From assembly GCA_023334545.1 (NCBI GenBank), contig JAADVB010000032.1:43306-107305 (forward strand): a DNA stretch of 64,000 nucleotides. The letters run 5' to 3'. Below are positions 10,133-19,797 of the stretch, in pieces (the first letter of the stretch is position 1; each line of letters starts with the position of its first letter). Both the position numbers and the translations under genes were made by a program. The notes under the pieces were generated by a model. That model made no database searches. It was not told the origin of the DNA and saw nothing but the letters and a program-made list of their open reading frames with translations. The DNA comes from Salisapilia sapeloensis CBS 127946. Its lineage: Eukaryota > Protista > Oomycota.

Positions 10133-11311
10133 CTACATGATTGCACATCGTGAAGTGGCGTACTCGTTCGTGCCTGTAGTCGGCCGAGCGTCCAACGGCC
10201 GACAGGACTTGATCTGGCCTTGTGCGAGCAAATCCAGACTCTGGTCGTTCAAAGGCTTTCGCTGGCCCAATACTCGCTGTTCTTCTTCCTGCAGCGTACG
10301 CAAGAAGCCTGGGTTCGGGTAGATCACACCTCGGCTCTGCAATACGTGGTTGTACGCCTGAATCAGCGGACTCCGATGCGCTCGAAGGAGGTACATGATC
10401 ACCAGTGTCGCTGATCGTGAAATGCCGTGTGTACAGTGCACGAGTACTCGGCACGGTCGAGTCTGGTCGATCACGATGTTACTGTCGCGATCCGGCACGG
10501 ACGTGCTCAAATTCGCCAATCGAGCGCTCTCGATAAAGTCGAACGCGCCATCAAATTTGTCGTGAATCTGGGCGCTCGGTTCATCTTTAATACATACATT
10601 ATGGTACAGGACGTCTTGGAAGACATTGTCTGCATCTAAAGACGCATTCACAATGTGCGTGATACCAAGGTCAGTAATGACAGAACGGCATTGCGCTTGC
10701 CACATATTCCCGAGGTATAGAAATCCTTCGAGCACTTCATTCGGATAAGTAACTCGTAATGAACCTTGCTTTTCCAAGAACGATGCATCGTTACTAGAAG
10801 CTTCGAATTGGGTTGTGTAGAACGGATATCGGTCTTCAAAGACCTTGAAGCCGTCTTGAAGTACCTGAACACTTGCCACCAGTCCATCCGCGACAAAGAA
10901 CCGCTGTAACTTGTATAGCCAAGATCGTTTGTCACTGCATTGATACGCGTCGCCGATGAGTACAATGTCCTTGAGCGAGCGTTTGTGTGGAGGTAGTGGA
11001 AAGGCTGTGATGTCGACACCGGCAGACGACCGGATTTCGAGGTCGCTGAGTTGGCGTGCGTTTTGCGAGGGAGGAATGGAAACCGCTCCAATTACCGAGT
11101 TGAGACGATAGAGGTCGACTCGTCGCACGTCCACTAGTACGACGCCGATACGAAAGTTATTGTAGAGCCAACGGGCGTCGACCTCACCTTTGCGCGTGCG
11201 AGTACGCTTCGCCGGCATGGGCGCCGTAGACGTTTGCATGTGCGCTGCGTGCGACTTGATCGTCCGTGAAGCGACGTGTCGCTGGGTTCGGAGCTCTGCT
11301 CGTGCAGCCAT
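10133..11311 (-). CDS. Dual-specificity (MKP-like) phosphatase: rhodanese + DSP, C-terminal CaaX
   Basis: First ATG at 11311 (the ORF-track start is GTG). VLVDVRRVDLYRLNSVIGAVSIP; YPNEVLEGFLYLGN; HCTHGISRS. Clear paralog of the adjacent gene; ends CAIM*. Confidence 0.88.
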   Translation of the reverse strand: MAARAELRTQRHVASRTIKSHAAHMQTSTAPMPAKRTRTRKGEVDARWLYNNFRIGVVLVDVRRVDLYRLNSVIGAVSIPPSQNARQLSDLEIRSSAGVDITAFPLPPHKRSLKDIVLIGDAYQCSDKRSWLYKLQRFFVADGLVASVQVLQDGFKVFEDRYPFYTTQFEASSNDASFLEKQGSLRVTYPNEVLEGFLYLGNMWQAQCRSVITDLGITHIVNASLDADNVFQDVLYHNVCIKDEPSAQIHDKFDGAFDFIESARLANLSTSVPDRDSNIVIDQTRPCRVLVHCTHGISRSATLVIMYLLRAHRSPLIQAYNHVLQSRGVIYPNPGFLRTLQEEEQRVLGQRKPLNDQSLDLLAQGQIKSCRPLDARPTTGTNEYATSRCAIM

Positions 11312-11967
11312 CGTCGTGTTTAATTTTAGACAAATTGGCTCGTGGTAGTGCACTCGGTCGCTATTTTGAAGTGAGCTGGACACGACTGGATGCCTCTTCT
11401 TGACCGAAAGACACGGGTTGGCGCTGACGCATGGGCAGTAGCCAGCGCTGCCGGCTCTTTACAGATGGTTTCAGTGGGTGGTTTCATCGGTTCACGTAGT
11501 CCTTCTCGACTCGTGTCTATGCCTCCTACAACCCCATGGAAGGGAGTTTCACTTGCGTACGTTCGAAATCGATATAGCGATAATTTTCCTCGCAGCGGAT
11601 GGAGCTCCGATCTTCACCCTTCGCTTCTGCAGGAAGTTGCAGACCAGATCTGGGTGTCGATAAGATCGGCAGGCCTGGCTTCTGTGCATGCACATGCACA
11701 CGGAGACAATTTTCAATGCCAACGTGGCAGTAACGGGTAGAAATGGTGACGAATAAGATTTCAGATTGACAGGCGTGGGATGTGCTTTACAGTAGCTTCA
11801 GCTCGTCTTCATATCTTTTGTATCATATGTCGCGTCCCGTCGACGGTGCTTAGTTGCTGCGGGATAAAGATCGCTGCAAGAGCTGAACGATGGAGGGAGA
11901 GGTACGGTAGAGCCAACACGGGGCTCGTACAGCAACGATGCTTCCAATTAGAATAGCGTGAGGATTC

Positions 11968-14811
11968 TTATGAACCGCATAGGACACAACTGGAAAGCGA
12001 GTGCGTCTTGCATCTCGTCGACGATGCATCGTACGTTGTACTTTTGATAGTTTCGGTACTCGATCCTCCAGTCCGTGTGCACAGGAAACAAGACGGCAGT
12101 TTATGCTTGGGGCATACGCCAGCCACGGAAAGCATCGAAACTGGTGACGACTTAACATCGTTTGATATTTTCCTGTCTAGCTCGAAACACGACTTGGTGT
12201 CTAGTCCGGAACACGGCTTCATGTCGCTGCTTGCGAATAAAGGTTGCGAATAACTTTTCGAGATAGTGGGTGCAGATGACAAAGAGCAGAGGACGCACGC
12301 GTGTAAATTGTGCTTTTCACAACTACCTTGTAGACTTTTCATTCTTGTCGACGATTGAAGTGCTTCAAAAGATAGATTGGGTGGTCGAGCTGGTGTCTTT
12401 ACCAATGACGCTACCGAGTCATGCCTTGCGAAAGCTTCCTTTTGCAAATGTTCAGAACTGCCATGCTCTGCCATAAATATCTGAGACTGGTGATGGATAC
12501 TATTAACATGCAGTGATTGTTTAGATGTGGGATATGTTTGCTGGCGACCAATACTTTCCAAGGACATTGCACGCGTCGAGCACGCCTTTGGTAGGTAAGG
12601 GCTTTCATAATTGCATGACTCCCCCCAGCTGCTATCAGTCCCTTCATTTGATTTCTTCACCCAGAATTTAAAAGATGCCTGGACAACATCTTGTGAGTCC
12701 GTATCTAGTACGCGGGATTTGTCAGGTAGTTCTGGTAGATGTGTAGCTCTATTGAGATCAGCTGGTACACAGTCCTCGGTGTGATATGCTTCTTGCTTTC
12801 CAAGAGGTAACTCGGTGGAACACGCTTCTCGATGAGTCCCGACAAATTCAGGCAACGATGCAGAGTTTCCAAGATGTCTCCTTCCATCATCTTCGTTCTG
12901 ATTATTCAAGCCGGTAGTTTCATGATGGAAAGAGCCATCCACTAACTTTTGCACAGGTGGTAACTGAGAAATAGTCGCTTCAAGCTCCTTTACCTTCTTT
13001 TCTAGCTTCCGAATTGTTTTCGTATCATCCTCTCTCCACTTTTGGAAGACAGCAATGTCTTTTCGCAACCTGTTTGCTTCATCTTCCTTGGCTCTCAGCT
13101 CGGCTTCATAGCGCTTACTCAGATCTGACTTTTCCTTCGAGTGAAATGCTCGCAACTTTCGCTGATCTACTGTAACTCTCTCCTTTAATCTCCGAATCTG
13201 AAGTCGAGCCAACGCCAATTCAGAAACACCACCATCGACTGTGTCGTTGACCCGAGTCGTCTGCATCACGGACTTGGCTCTATCCGCAAATTGTAGTGTT
13301 CTTAATGTTTCCTCACTAGCTCGAACCTGGGGGCTAATTGTCGCGATTAGAGTCGTCTGCGTGTTACCACCAAGTGAGTCTTGAAGCAATCGAGTTAATG
13401 TTGAATCCCGGAAAGGAATGTGTGTTCTTCCTTCACTTAGTGCAGCAATCGTATTGCCCAACGCAGAGAGGGAAGTATTTATCTTTTTCATCTCCTCGAT
13501 ATGCATCTCCTCCATGTTACCACTTGTACTCCATTTTTCCGACCCTGCCAAATCGACCAGATTAAGTCGAGACTTTCTGCTGGAAAGATTACCTTCTTCA
13601 GTACGTTTTTCGACACTTATTCCTATCTGTACAATGGCATGACTGCGACTACTACCAGCGTTCATTTCAGTCGCTCGAACCGATCGATTGTTCATTGCTT
13701 TTTGAAGTAGAGCCATGCCCTCCCGACAAGAAGTCACACGCACCATTATAGCATCCTGGACGGTAACATCCGTTCTACCGTCACCGTTCGGTAGCTCTCG
13801 CATTACCAGTGGTGTCAATTTCTTAGGGTCAGAAAGCAAATCAAATAGACGGTCATTGTAAATCTGTAGTACACTAATATCGATGTGGAGGTGAATGCCT
13901 TCTGAAAATAGTAGCGTTGCTTGATCGAGGAGGTAAGCCAACGCACGAGGTATGATACCATATCCATTTGCTGCATATGCTATATCAGACAAATCATCAC
14001 AAGAAACTTGATCAAAATCCGACCCGAAAATCGTATAAGTCTTTCCCGTAGATGTCTGACCGTACCCAAAGATAGTACAGTTGTATCCTGCAATACAAGC
14101 ATCCATGCTCGATCGTATAGCGTCAAAAATGTCTGTTTGTTGAGCCTCAGGAGCAAAGACTTTGTCGAATTGGCATTCTGTGAGTGCTCTGGTAAAACCA
14201 TTTAACGAAGAGGACCTCACAAGGATACTGTTTGGTGTGTCTCCTCTCGTCACCGCAGTATCGTTATTATCGCTTGTAGATGCGGAAACAGGACGAATGC
14301 GGATAAACACTTGTATTCGACGACTCTTTTCAGCGCTAGCGTTCGTTTCAGTCACCTCGGTTCTAGCTGTTGGTTTTATTGATCTGGCACTACTCGCATG
14401 CCGGACAGATCGACTAGTCTCAATGACATTGTTTAAAGGCGAGCGGGATACTCTGCTTGATTCTTCGACTATTATCCTGCTTGTACTTTTAAAACAAGAA
14501 TCATCTTCATCTTCCTTCTGACACCGGTCACTTGCACAAAAGGACTCGATCTTTACTTTTTCATCCTGTACTTGTGCTTCTTCTGTTTGTTGTTCAGCTA
14601 TATTTCCGATCTGGTTGCACTCTGCACTATTTTCACCGAGTTCCCATTCCTCCAGTACATGCACATCCTCCGAGTAAGCAGTACTCCAGGAACCTGCAGT
14701 TGATGGAGTCTTGACACTTCGACCGGATGACTTCTCTTTCAAGTTGTCCATTACTTTCGGTGCTTTCACTAGAGCAAGTGCACGACTACACGAACTGTTT
14801 CTCATTACCAT
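11968..14811 (-). CDS. Kinesin motor protein with N-terminal extension, short coiled coil and Cys/His-repeat tail
   Basis: IQVFIRIRP, P-loop GQTSTGKT, switch I NAGSSRSH, switch II DLAGSE, HIPFRDSTLTRLLQDSLGGN, TLRTLQFADRAK. Confidence 0.95.
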   Translation of the reverse strand: MVMRNSSCSRALALVKAPKVMDNLKEKSSGRSVKTPSTAGSWSTAYSEDVHVLEEWELGENSAECNQIGNIAEQQTEEAQVQDEKVKIESFCASDRCQKEDEDDSCFKSTSRIIVEESSRVSRSPLNNVIETSRSVRHASSARSIKPTARTEVTETNASAEKSRRIQVFIRIRPVSASTSDNNDTAVTRGDTPNSILVRSSSLNGFTRALTECQFDKVFAPEAQQTDIFDAIRSSMDACIAGYNCTIFGYGQTSTGKTYTIFGSDFDQVSCDDLSDIAYAANGYGIIPRALAYLLDQATLLFSEGIHLHIDISVLQIYNDRLFDLLSDPKKLTPLVMRELPNGDGRTDVTVQDAIMVRVTSCREGMALLQKAMNNRSVRATEMNAGSSRSHAIVQIGISVEKRTEEGNLSSRKSRLNLVDLAGSEKWSTSGNMEEMHIEEMKKINTSLSALGNTIAALSEGRTHIPFRDSTLTRLLQDSLGGNTQTTLIATISPQVRASEETLRTLQFADRAKSVMQTTRVNDTVDGGVSELALARLQIRRLKERVTVDQRKLRAFHSKEKSDLSKRYEAELRAKEDEANRLRKDIAVFQKWREDDTKTIRKLEKKVKELEATISQLPPVQKLVDGSFHHETTGLNNQNEDDGRRHLGNSASLPEFVGTHREACSTELPLGKQEAYHTEDCVPADLNRATHLPELPDKSRVLDTDSQDVVQASFKFWVKKSNEGTDSSWGESCNYESPYLPKACSTRAMSLESIGRQQTYPTSKQSLHVNSIHHQSQIFMAEHGSSEHLQKEAFARHDSVASLVKTPARPPNLSFEALQSSTRMKSLQGSCEKHNLHACVLCSLSSAPTISKSYSQPLFASSDMKPCSGLDTKSCFELDRKISNDVKSSPVSMLSVAGVCPKHKLPSCFLCTRTGGSSTETIKSTTYDASSTRCKTHSLSSCVLCGS

Positions 14812-14949
14812 CCTTCATCAAGTATCTGGAAATAGATACGAAGCTGTTGCCACTGACACGAAAACAAACCATAAAACGAATTGACGGATACTAAGTCGAT
14901 CTTTATTGCTCGTATAGCTCGAACAAAACACTGCTACTCAAACGCCTTC

Positions 14950-17900
14950 CTACTCGTCCACAAGTTCTGGAAAGACCTTCGGGATGACATCATCGAAGGA
15001 TTCATCTACTGGCAGCTTTTCCAAATATCCAATAAATCGCTCTTTTAGTCCCTCCTCGCCATCTTCCATCTCCGTCTCATCCGTCGAGGCAAGGCGAGAG
15101 CTACGTCGCACACCTTCCGGATGCTCTTCATCCTCCACCACCCACAGCGACGATTCTTTCACAGACTTTGTCTTGGGCGCCTCCTCCATCATGAGCATCG
15201 TAGCTTGCCTCTTGGCTGCTCGACTCGGTGGCTTCCGATCCACATCCTCTTCCTTCTTCACTCGCTTTAGCGGTGGACCCTTTGCTGCATTCTTTTTTAT
15301 CGGCCGCTTGTTCCGATTGCGAATGTCAATCATCTGCTCTCCTGTCAGGCTTTGATACACCTTCTTAGCATTCGGCAGTGGTCTCTTCTTGAGCACCACC
15401 TCCGTCGACATCTCGTACAGAGGGATCTCCTGAAACGTGAACATCCGCTTAAGGTGTCGGTCTCGTTGTCGTGCCATCTCCAAAAGCATACGTCCTCGTT
15501 CCAAGGATCGTCTCAAGTCTTGTAGATGCGTCAACGTCTCTCGCGTGAACCAAGTCAGACGCTTGTGATCATAAACAGCATCTCGAGGAGGATGTTGCTT
15601 GCAGAAGAAGCGCCAGTTATTTCTTGTCGACCTGGCAATGAAGAACTGTTCATGTGCAGCACAGATCGCATGGAATCGAGTCGTGCACCCGTCACACGAG
15701 GCCAAGTACTTGCTCTTATCCCCGCACAAGTCACACTTTTGTCTCGAAGCATCCGCATCGTTCATATCAGACGGCACAATCGCACTCAACACGTTCTTCC
15801 GTCGCGTCATCTTCCCCTTGACATACTTGCAGCACAAGACGTGAATCCACTTGTCAAATGTCGCTTTCTGCTGACTACCGCTACTCTTATCCTGCACACT
15901 GCAAGACATGAGGTACCCGACCTCCTTCTCACACACGATGCACGACTGGAGCTGACGTCGACTCCCTGCCGCGACGCATCGTTCACAAATCCAGTTGCTC
16001 TGCGCGACATCAGACACGTCTCCCAGATCACTGATACAACACTCTGGATGGACAAAACAGTTGCAGTACTGACACCGCACTTGTAGCTGTCTCTTCGTCA
16101 AGTCCGCTGCATCCTTCCATCCGCTCTCACCTGGAGGTGACATGTACTCGAAGCACGCAGAGCACAACTGTCGGTCATCTGCTCTGATCGTATCTTTCGA
16201 CGTGACATTCTCTTCCGATAACAAGGTACTTGCACTAGATCCACCAGCGCTCTGAAGTTTACGTGGCGACTCGACAGACTCGTCGTGGACGATACTAGAG
16301 TACGCATCGATACGAACGCGACGTCGACGTCGTATCTGCTGGTCCTGTACGTCAGACGTGTACTCTTCAGGAAAGTGGCTATCACATAGCAATTGGAACG
16401 ACAGACCAGCGCCTCCACCTGCATATATAAAACGACGAGAAGGAGGCAGTTCATTCGACGCAGTCATGGATAGTCCGGCAAACCAAGCGCAAAGAGCGTG
16501 GTACGACACGCTGCAGTCGTCAGCACAGCACTGGATCGTGCGTCCACATGCGACACGACAGTATCGGCACAACCCACCTTGCTCCAGCACTCGAGTCTCG
16601 ACGTGTTCACTCTCGAGTGTCTCCTGCGCAGCGAGCTTCTCTGCTTCTTTGATCGGATCCAAGAAGCGCATCTGACCACTTGTTTGGCACAACGAGATGC
16701 TCGTGAGTTGATGCAGATCTCCGATCCAGACTTTCGGACACCAGAGCGCACACACGACGTGGATCCATTTCCCGTCCATCGTCTTCTTAAACGCACCATC
16801 CTTGATCGGACACAACTGGCAGAAGACGTCACGAGCTGGATCCATGCCGTCTCCATGAGACCGACATCGGTCGCAGAAAAACTCATTGGCTGGGACCTGG
16901 GGCAAGCCGTAGCATCGCTGGTGGACAGCCAAGTTGCACTTATCACAAAAGACGATTGGATTATGCTCCGGCGACTGTCCGTCAAAGCAGACGACGCACG
17001 TGCCATCATCAAGATGTTCATCGACCATTTCATCCGTCACTTCTTCCTGTGGTTCTGCCTGCAGCATCGGTTGCTGGAAGTGGCGGTACCCCGTCACAAG
17101 ACTGTGACTCAGCCTCTTCCACGCTTCATAGTCTCGATAGTACGCTTCGAAATGATGCGAAGCTTTCTGCATCGCTGTGTGTCGCTGTGTATCACCTTCC
17201 AAGGCATGTGCGAGCTGGCGTACATTCACGCGGTTCCGCCGCATCTGTTCCTGATACTGGTCGAGTAGAAGGTTAATTTGTGGTGTCAACTCCTCCGTAC
17301 AGAGCTTTGGATCTTTTACTACATCTGCACTAGTTGCTTCAGAAGACTCAATTGCTGTATACAAGTGCTGCGTGTCGGAAGGTAGCTCTACCTTTTCTAA
17401 TTCAGCACCAACTAGCTCGCCTACTTGGTTCGGTACAAATGGACTCCATTCCAACTCCTTCGCACTTGTCGATGGTACATCCGATGACATAGCAAAGGAA
17501 AAGACCACCTGAATGGACGTTTGCGAAGATTCGTTCATGAAAAGCACACGCAACTGAGTCGCATTCCCCGCGGACTTTGTTTTTGCTGTGCCATTCGCGA
17601 CGGCACGATCAATCTCCAGCTTTAATTCTGCTTTCACGTCCGTAGAGCACTTGGTCTTGCTCTGACGCATCGCTGTCTCACATGCATGGAGGACTGTCTG
17701 CAGAGCTAGACCTTGCGACCCATCGTCCTTTCGATACAAAACGTATGAATCTGTACAAGACTGCTTGCCTACACTACTTGCCTTATCGGACACACTAATT
17801 AGATCCTCCAGACGAGCACCACACGCTGCTTTTAGTAGCTGATCCGTACGTCGCTTTGTGAGTGGCTTCATCGAGAAGCAATTCGCATTCACCACACGCC

Positions 17901-19209
17901 AAAAGTGTGTCGTACTCATACGTGCGCCAGCATGCTGATTCGGCCACGACGCAAAGAGGACGTCGATTGAATCCGCAGTCGGCGTCACATCCTCCACGTC
18001 CTCTGCCGCCTGCTTCACACCACTAGTTCGTCTCTTCATCTTGCTCTTACTCGCCTTTTTCGATCCACCTTGACTCTTTCCATGCGTCGTCTTTCGCTCT
18101 GGACACTGGTCCTTTAGATGTCTTGCCATCATCGACTCTCGAATCGACTCGCCGCAGTTCGGACAAGGCTTAACACTCGCATGTTTGCGTTTACCTTTGG
18201 CTCGTCGACCGTCCTCACTCTCTGTCCCTTTATTTGTATGAAACTGGATGCGAGGAGGTTCGACACCAAACGCTGTGAAACGCTGCTTTCGATCCTCCAG
18301 GTCCCGCTGGACTAATTTCGACTGTAAACAAACGAGTTCATGCTCACTTAAGTCTTCCAGTGTGTACGAGACGCTTTCTAACGTCTCTGCTTCCTTCATC
18401 TCTTGCTCCATATCTTTGCGCTTGATATACTGGTTGCTCGCCTTGCGCTTTGGATTCATACGATTGACCGACGACAGTTTTCGATAGCAAAAGGGACAAA
18501 AACCTTTCTTCTTCGGATGACTTTCTATCGTTTCGTCGACACGAGGTGACTTGAGCCATCGATCGTCCAGTAGCTCCGAGCCGTACGTTCGCATGTCCTT
18601 GAGGTGGGCACTGCAGTGGTACGTCTGCTGGTTCTCTGGCGTGTACCCGGTGAACACGTACGAGGACGGTGCTCGGATGCCACACATTGGATGGAAAGGG
18701 AAGGAACATCGACCGGTCCTACACTGGATGATCGGACCGCGTTGACTACAGACGCGACAGGATAGTTGCAGTCGACCTGGATCGAGCTCTCCGATACGAA
18801 CGCGATCGTCCGGGTCTTCGTAAATAAGATTGGCTAGTTCTGGCAACCAGTTCACACACAAGATGTGCGCCCAAACGTTCGGCTGATCCGTCAGTCTTAA
18901 CGCGCCACCTTCGACAGGGCACAAGGCACAGGATGGTCGAGGACGCTTGTTTGGAGGTAGTACGTCGAAACTGCTATCACCAGACTGCATGTGGCCGGCC
19001 TGGTATGCGCACGGCTCACATACCCAATCTTCTGGGGCTTCGACTTCCGCGTCCGGTACCATGGACCCGTGGCACTTAGTATGAATGTGCAAACCGCAGT
19101 CGCTGCATCGCATCATAGGCGATACGAACTCATCTACAAGTTCAAAGCAGACACAGCACGGCTCATCGCTATCGACATCGGGTACGATAGTCGCGTCTAC
19201 TGGCGGCAT
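14950..19209 (-). CDS. Multi-PHD/ePHD (PZP) chromatin protein, JADE/BRPF/AF10-like modules
   Basis: First ATG at 19209. Three PHD + extended-PHD units, e.g. CVVCFDG...CDKCNLAVHQRCYG...CDRC...CQLCP...GAFKKT...WIHVVCALW. C-terminal EPL1-like helix (LQDLRRSLERGRMLLEM). Confidence 0.88.
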   Translation of the reverse strand: MPPVDATIVPDVDSDEPCCVCFELVDEFVSPMMRCSDCGLHIHTKCHGSMVPDAEVEAPEDWVCEPCAYQAGHMQSGDSSFDVLPPNKRPRPSCALCPVEGGALRLTDQPNVWAHILCVNWLPELANLIYEDPDDRVRIGELDPGRLQLSCRVCSQRGPIIQCRTGRCSFPFHPMCGIRAPSSYVFTGYTPENQQTYHCSAHLKDMRTYGSELLDDRWLKSPRVDETIESHPKKKGFCPFCYRKLSSVNRMNPKRKASNQYIKRKDMEQEMKEAETLESVSYTLEDLSEHELVCLQSKLVQRDLEDRKQRFTAFGVEPPRIQFHTNKGTESEDGRRAKGKRKHASVKPCPNCGESIRESMMARHLKDQCPERKTTHGKSQGGSKKASKSKMKRRTSGVKQAAEDVEDVTPTADSIDVLFASWPNQHAGARMSTTHFWRVVNANCFSMKPLTKRRTDQLLKAACGARLEDLISVSDKASSVGKQSCTDSYVLYRKDDGSQGLALQTVLHACETAMRQSKTKCSTDVKAELKLEIDRAVANGTAKTKSAGNATQLRVLFMNESSQTSIQVVFSFAMSSDVPSTSAKELEWSPFVPNQVGELVGAELEKVELPSDTQHLYTAIESSEATSADVVKDPKLCTEELTPQINLLLDQYQEQMRRNRVNVRQLAHALEGDTQRHTAMQKASHHFEAYYRDYEAWKRLSHSLVTGYRHFQQPMLQAEPQEEVTDEMVDEHLDDGTCVVCFDGQSPEHNPIVFCDKCNLAVHQRCYGLPQVPANEFFCDRCRSHGDGMDPARDVFCQLCPIKDGAFKKTMDGKWIHVVCALWCPKVWIGDLHQLTSISLCQTSGQMRFLDPIKEAEKLAAQETLESEHVETRVLEQGGLCRYCRVACGRTIQCCADDCSVSYHALCAWFAGLSMTASNELPPSRRFIYAGGGAGLSFQLLCDSHFPEEYTSDVQDQQIRRRRRVRIDAYSSIVHDESVESPRKLQSAGGSSASTLLSEENVTSKDTIRADDRQLCSACFEYMSPPGESGWKDAADLTKRQLQVRCQYCNCFVHPECCISDLGDVSDVAQSNWICERCVAAGSRRQLQSCIVCEKEVGYLMSCSVQDKSSGSQQKATFDKWIHVLCCKYVKGKMTRRKNVLSAIVPSDMNDADASRQKCDLCGDKSKYLASCDGCTTRFHAICAAHEQFFIARSTRNNWRFFCKQHPPRDAVYDHKRLTWFTRETLTHLQDLRRSLERGRMLLEMARQRDRHLKRMFTFQEIPLYEMSTEVVLKKRPLPNAKKVYQSLTGEQMIDIRNRNKRPIKKNAAKGPPLKRVKKEEDVDRKPPSRAAKRQATMLMMEEAPKTKSVKESSLWVVEDEEHPEGVRRSSRLASTDETEMEDGEEGLKERFIGYLEKLPVDESFDDVIPKVFPELVDE

Positions 19210-19797
19210 GGTCAAATGGGAAAAATAACGCAAGACGAATCCTCCAAGAACGTGGCGATTTCTTAATGACTAGTGATTTCCACTCGAATGTTACAACGTA
19301 TGGAGGTGCGGGTAGACTCGGGAAGGAGGAAGGTAGAAACTTGTGTCGTAGAACACAATGAAGACGTCCGTAGTAGCGACCGACGCGTGAATGAAGCGCC
19401 TTCGCGGTCTTTTTCGCTTTCTTGGTTTCTGTCGAGGCGAAGGTTTTTACTTGGATAATGTATGGTCTGCTCCAAATGTCGTTTTGGAGCGCGCAGATGG
19501 TTGCAAAAGTGACTATTTATATCGAGCAAGAATTGCGATTCTAGCCTAGTCCGGTCCCTTCACTTCAAGCTGAGGTGTCCACAACGATGTCAGCAAGATG
19601 TCCACATCAAGCCATGTCAGGACACATTAGACGATCGTTCTGGAGCTTGTTGGCGAAACTTCCCACTGGCTGGGTACTTTAGATGCTTTTAGACATGAGA
19701 AACCCTCGGGCTACATCTCTTCATTTCTCTTCTTGCTTCTGAGCGGGAGGACACGTAGACAAGAACAACCACGGCGACCAGACGTACGACGGAAGCG

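Noticed and set aside
16464-17268. Long overlapping ORFs (189 aa, 256 aa) within the PHD gene
   Set aside because: Alternative-frame or antisense shadows with no domain signal.
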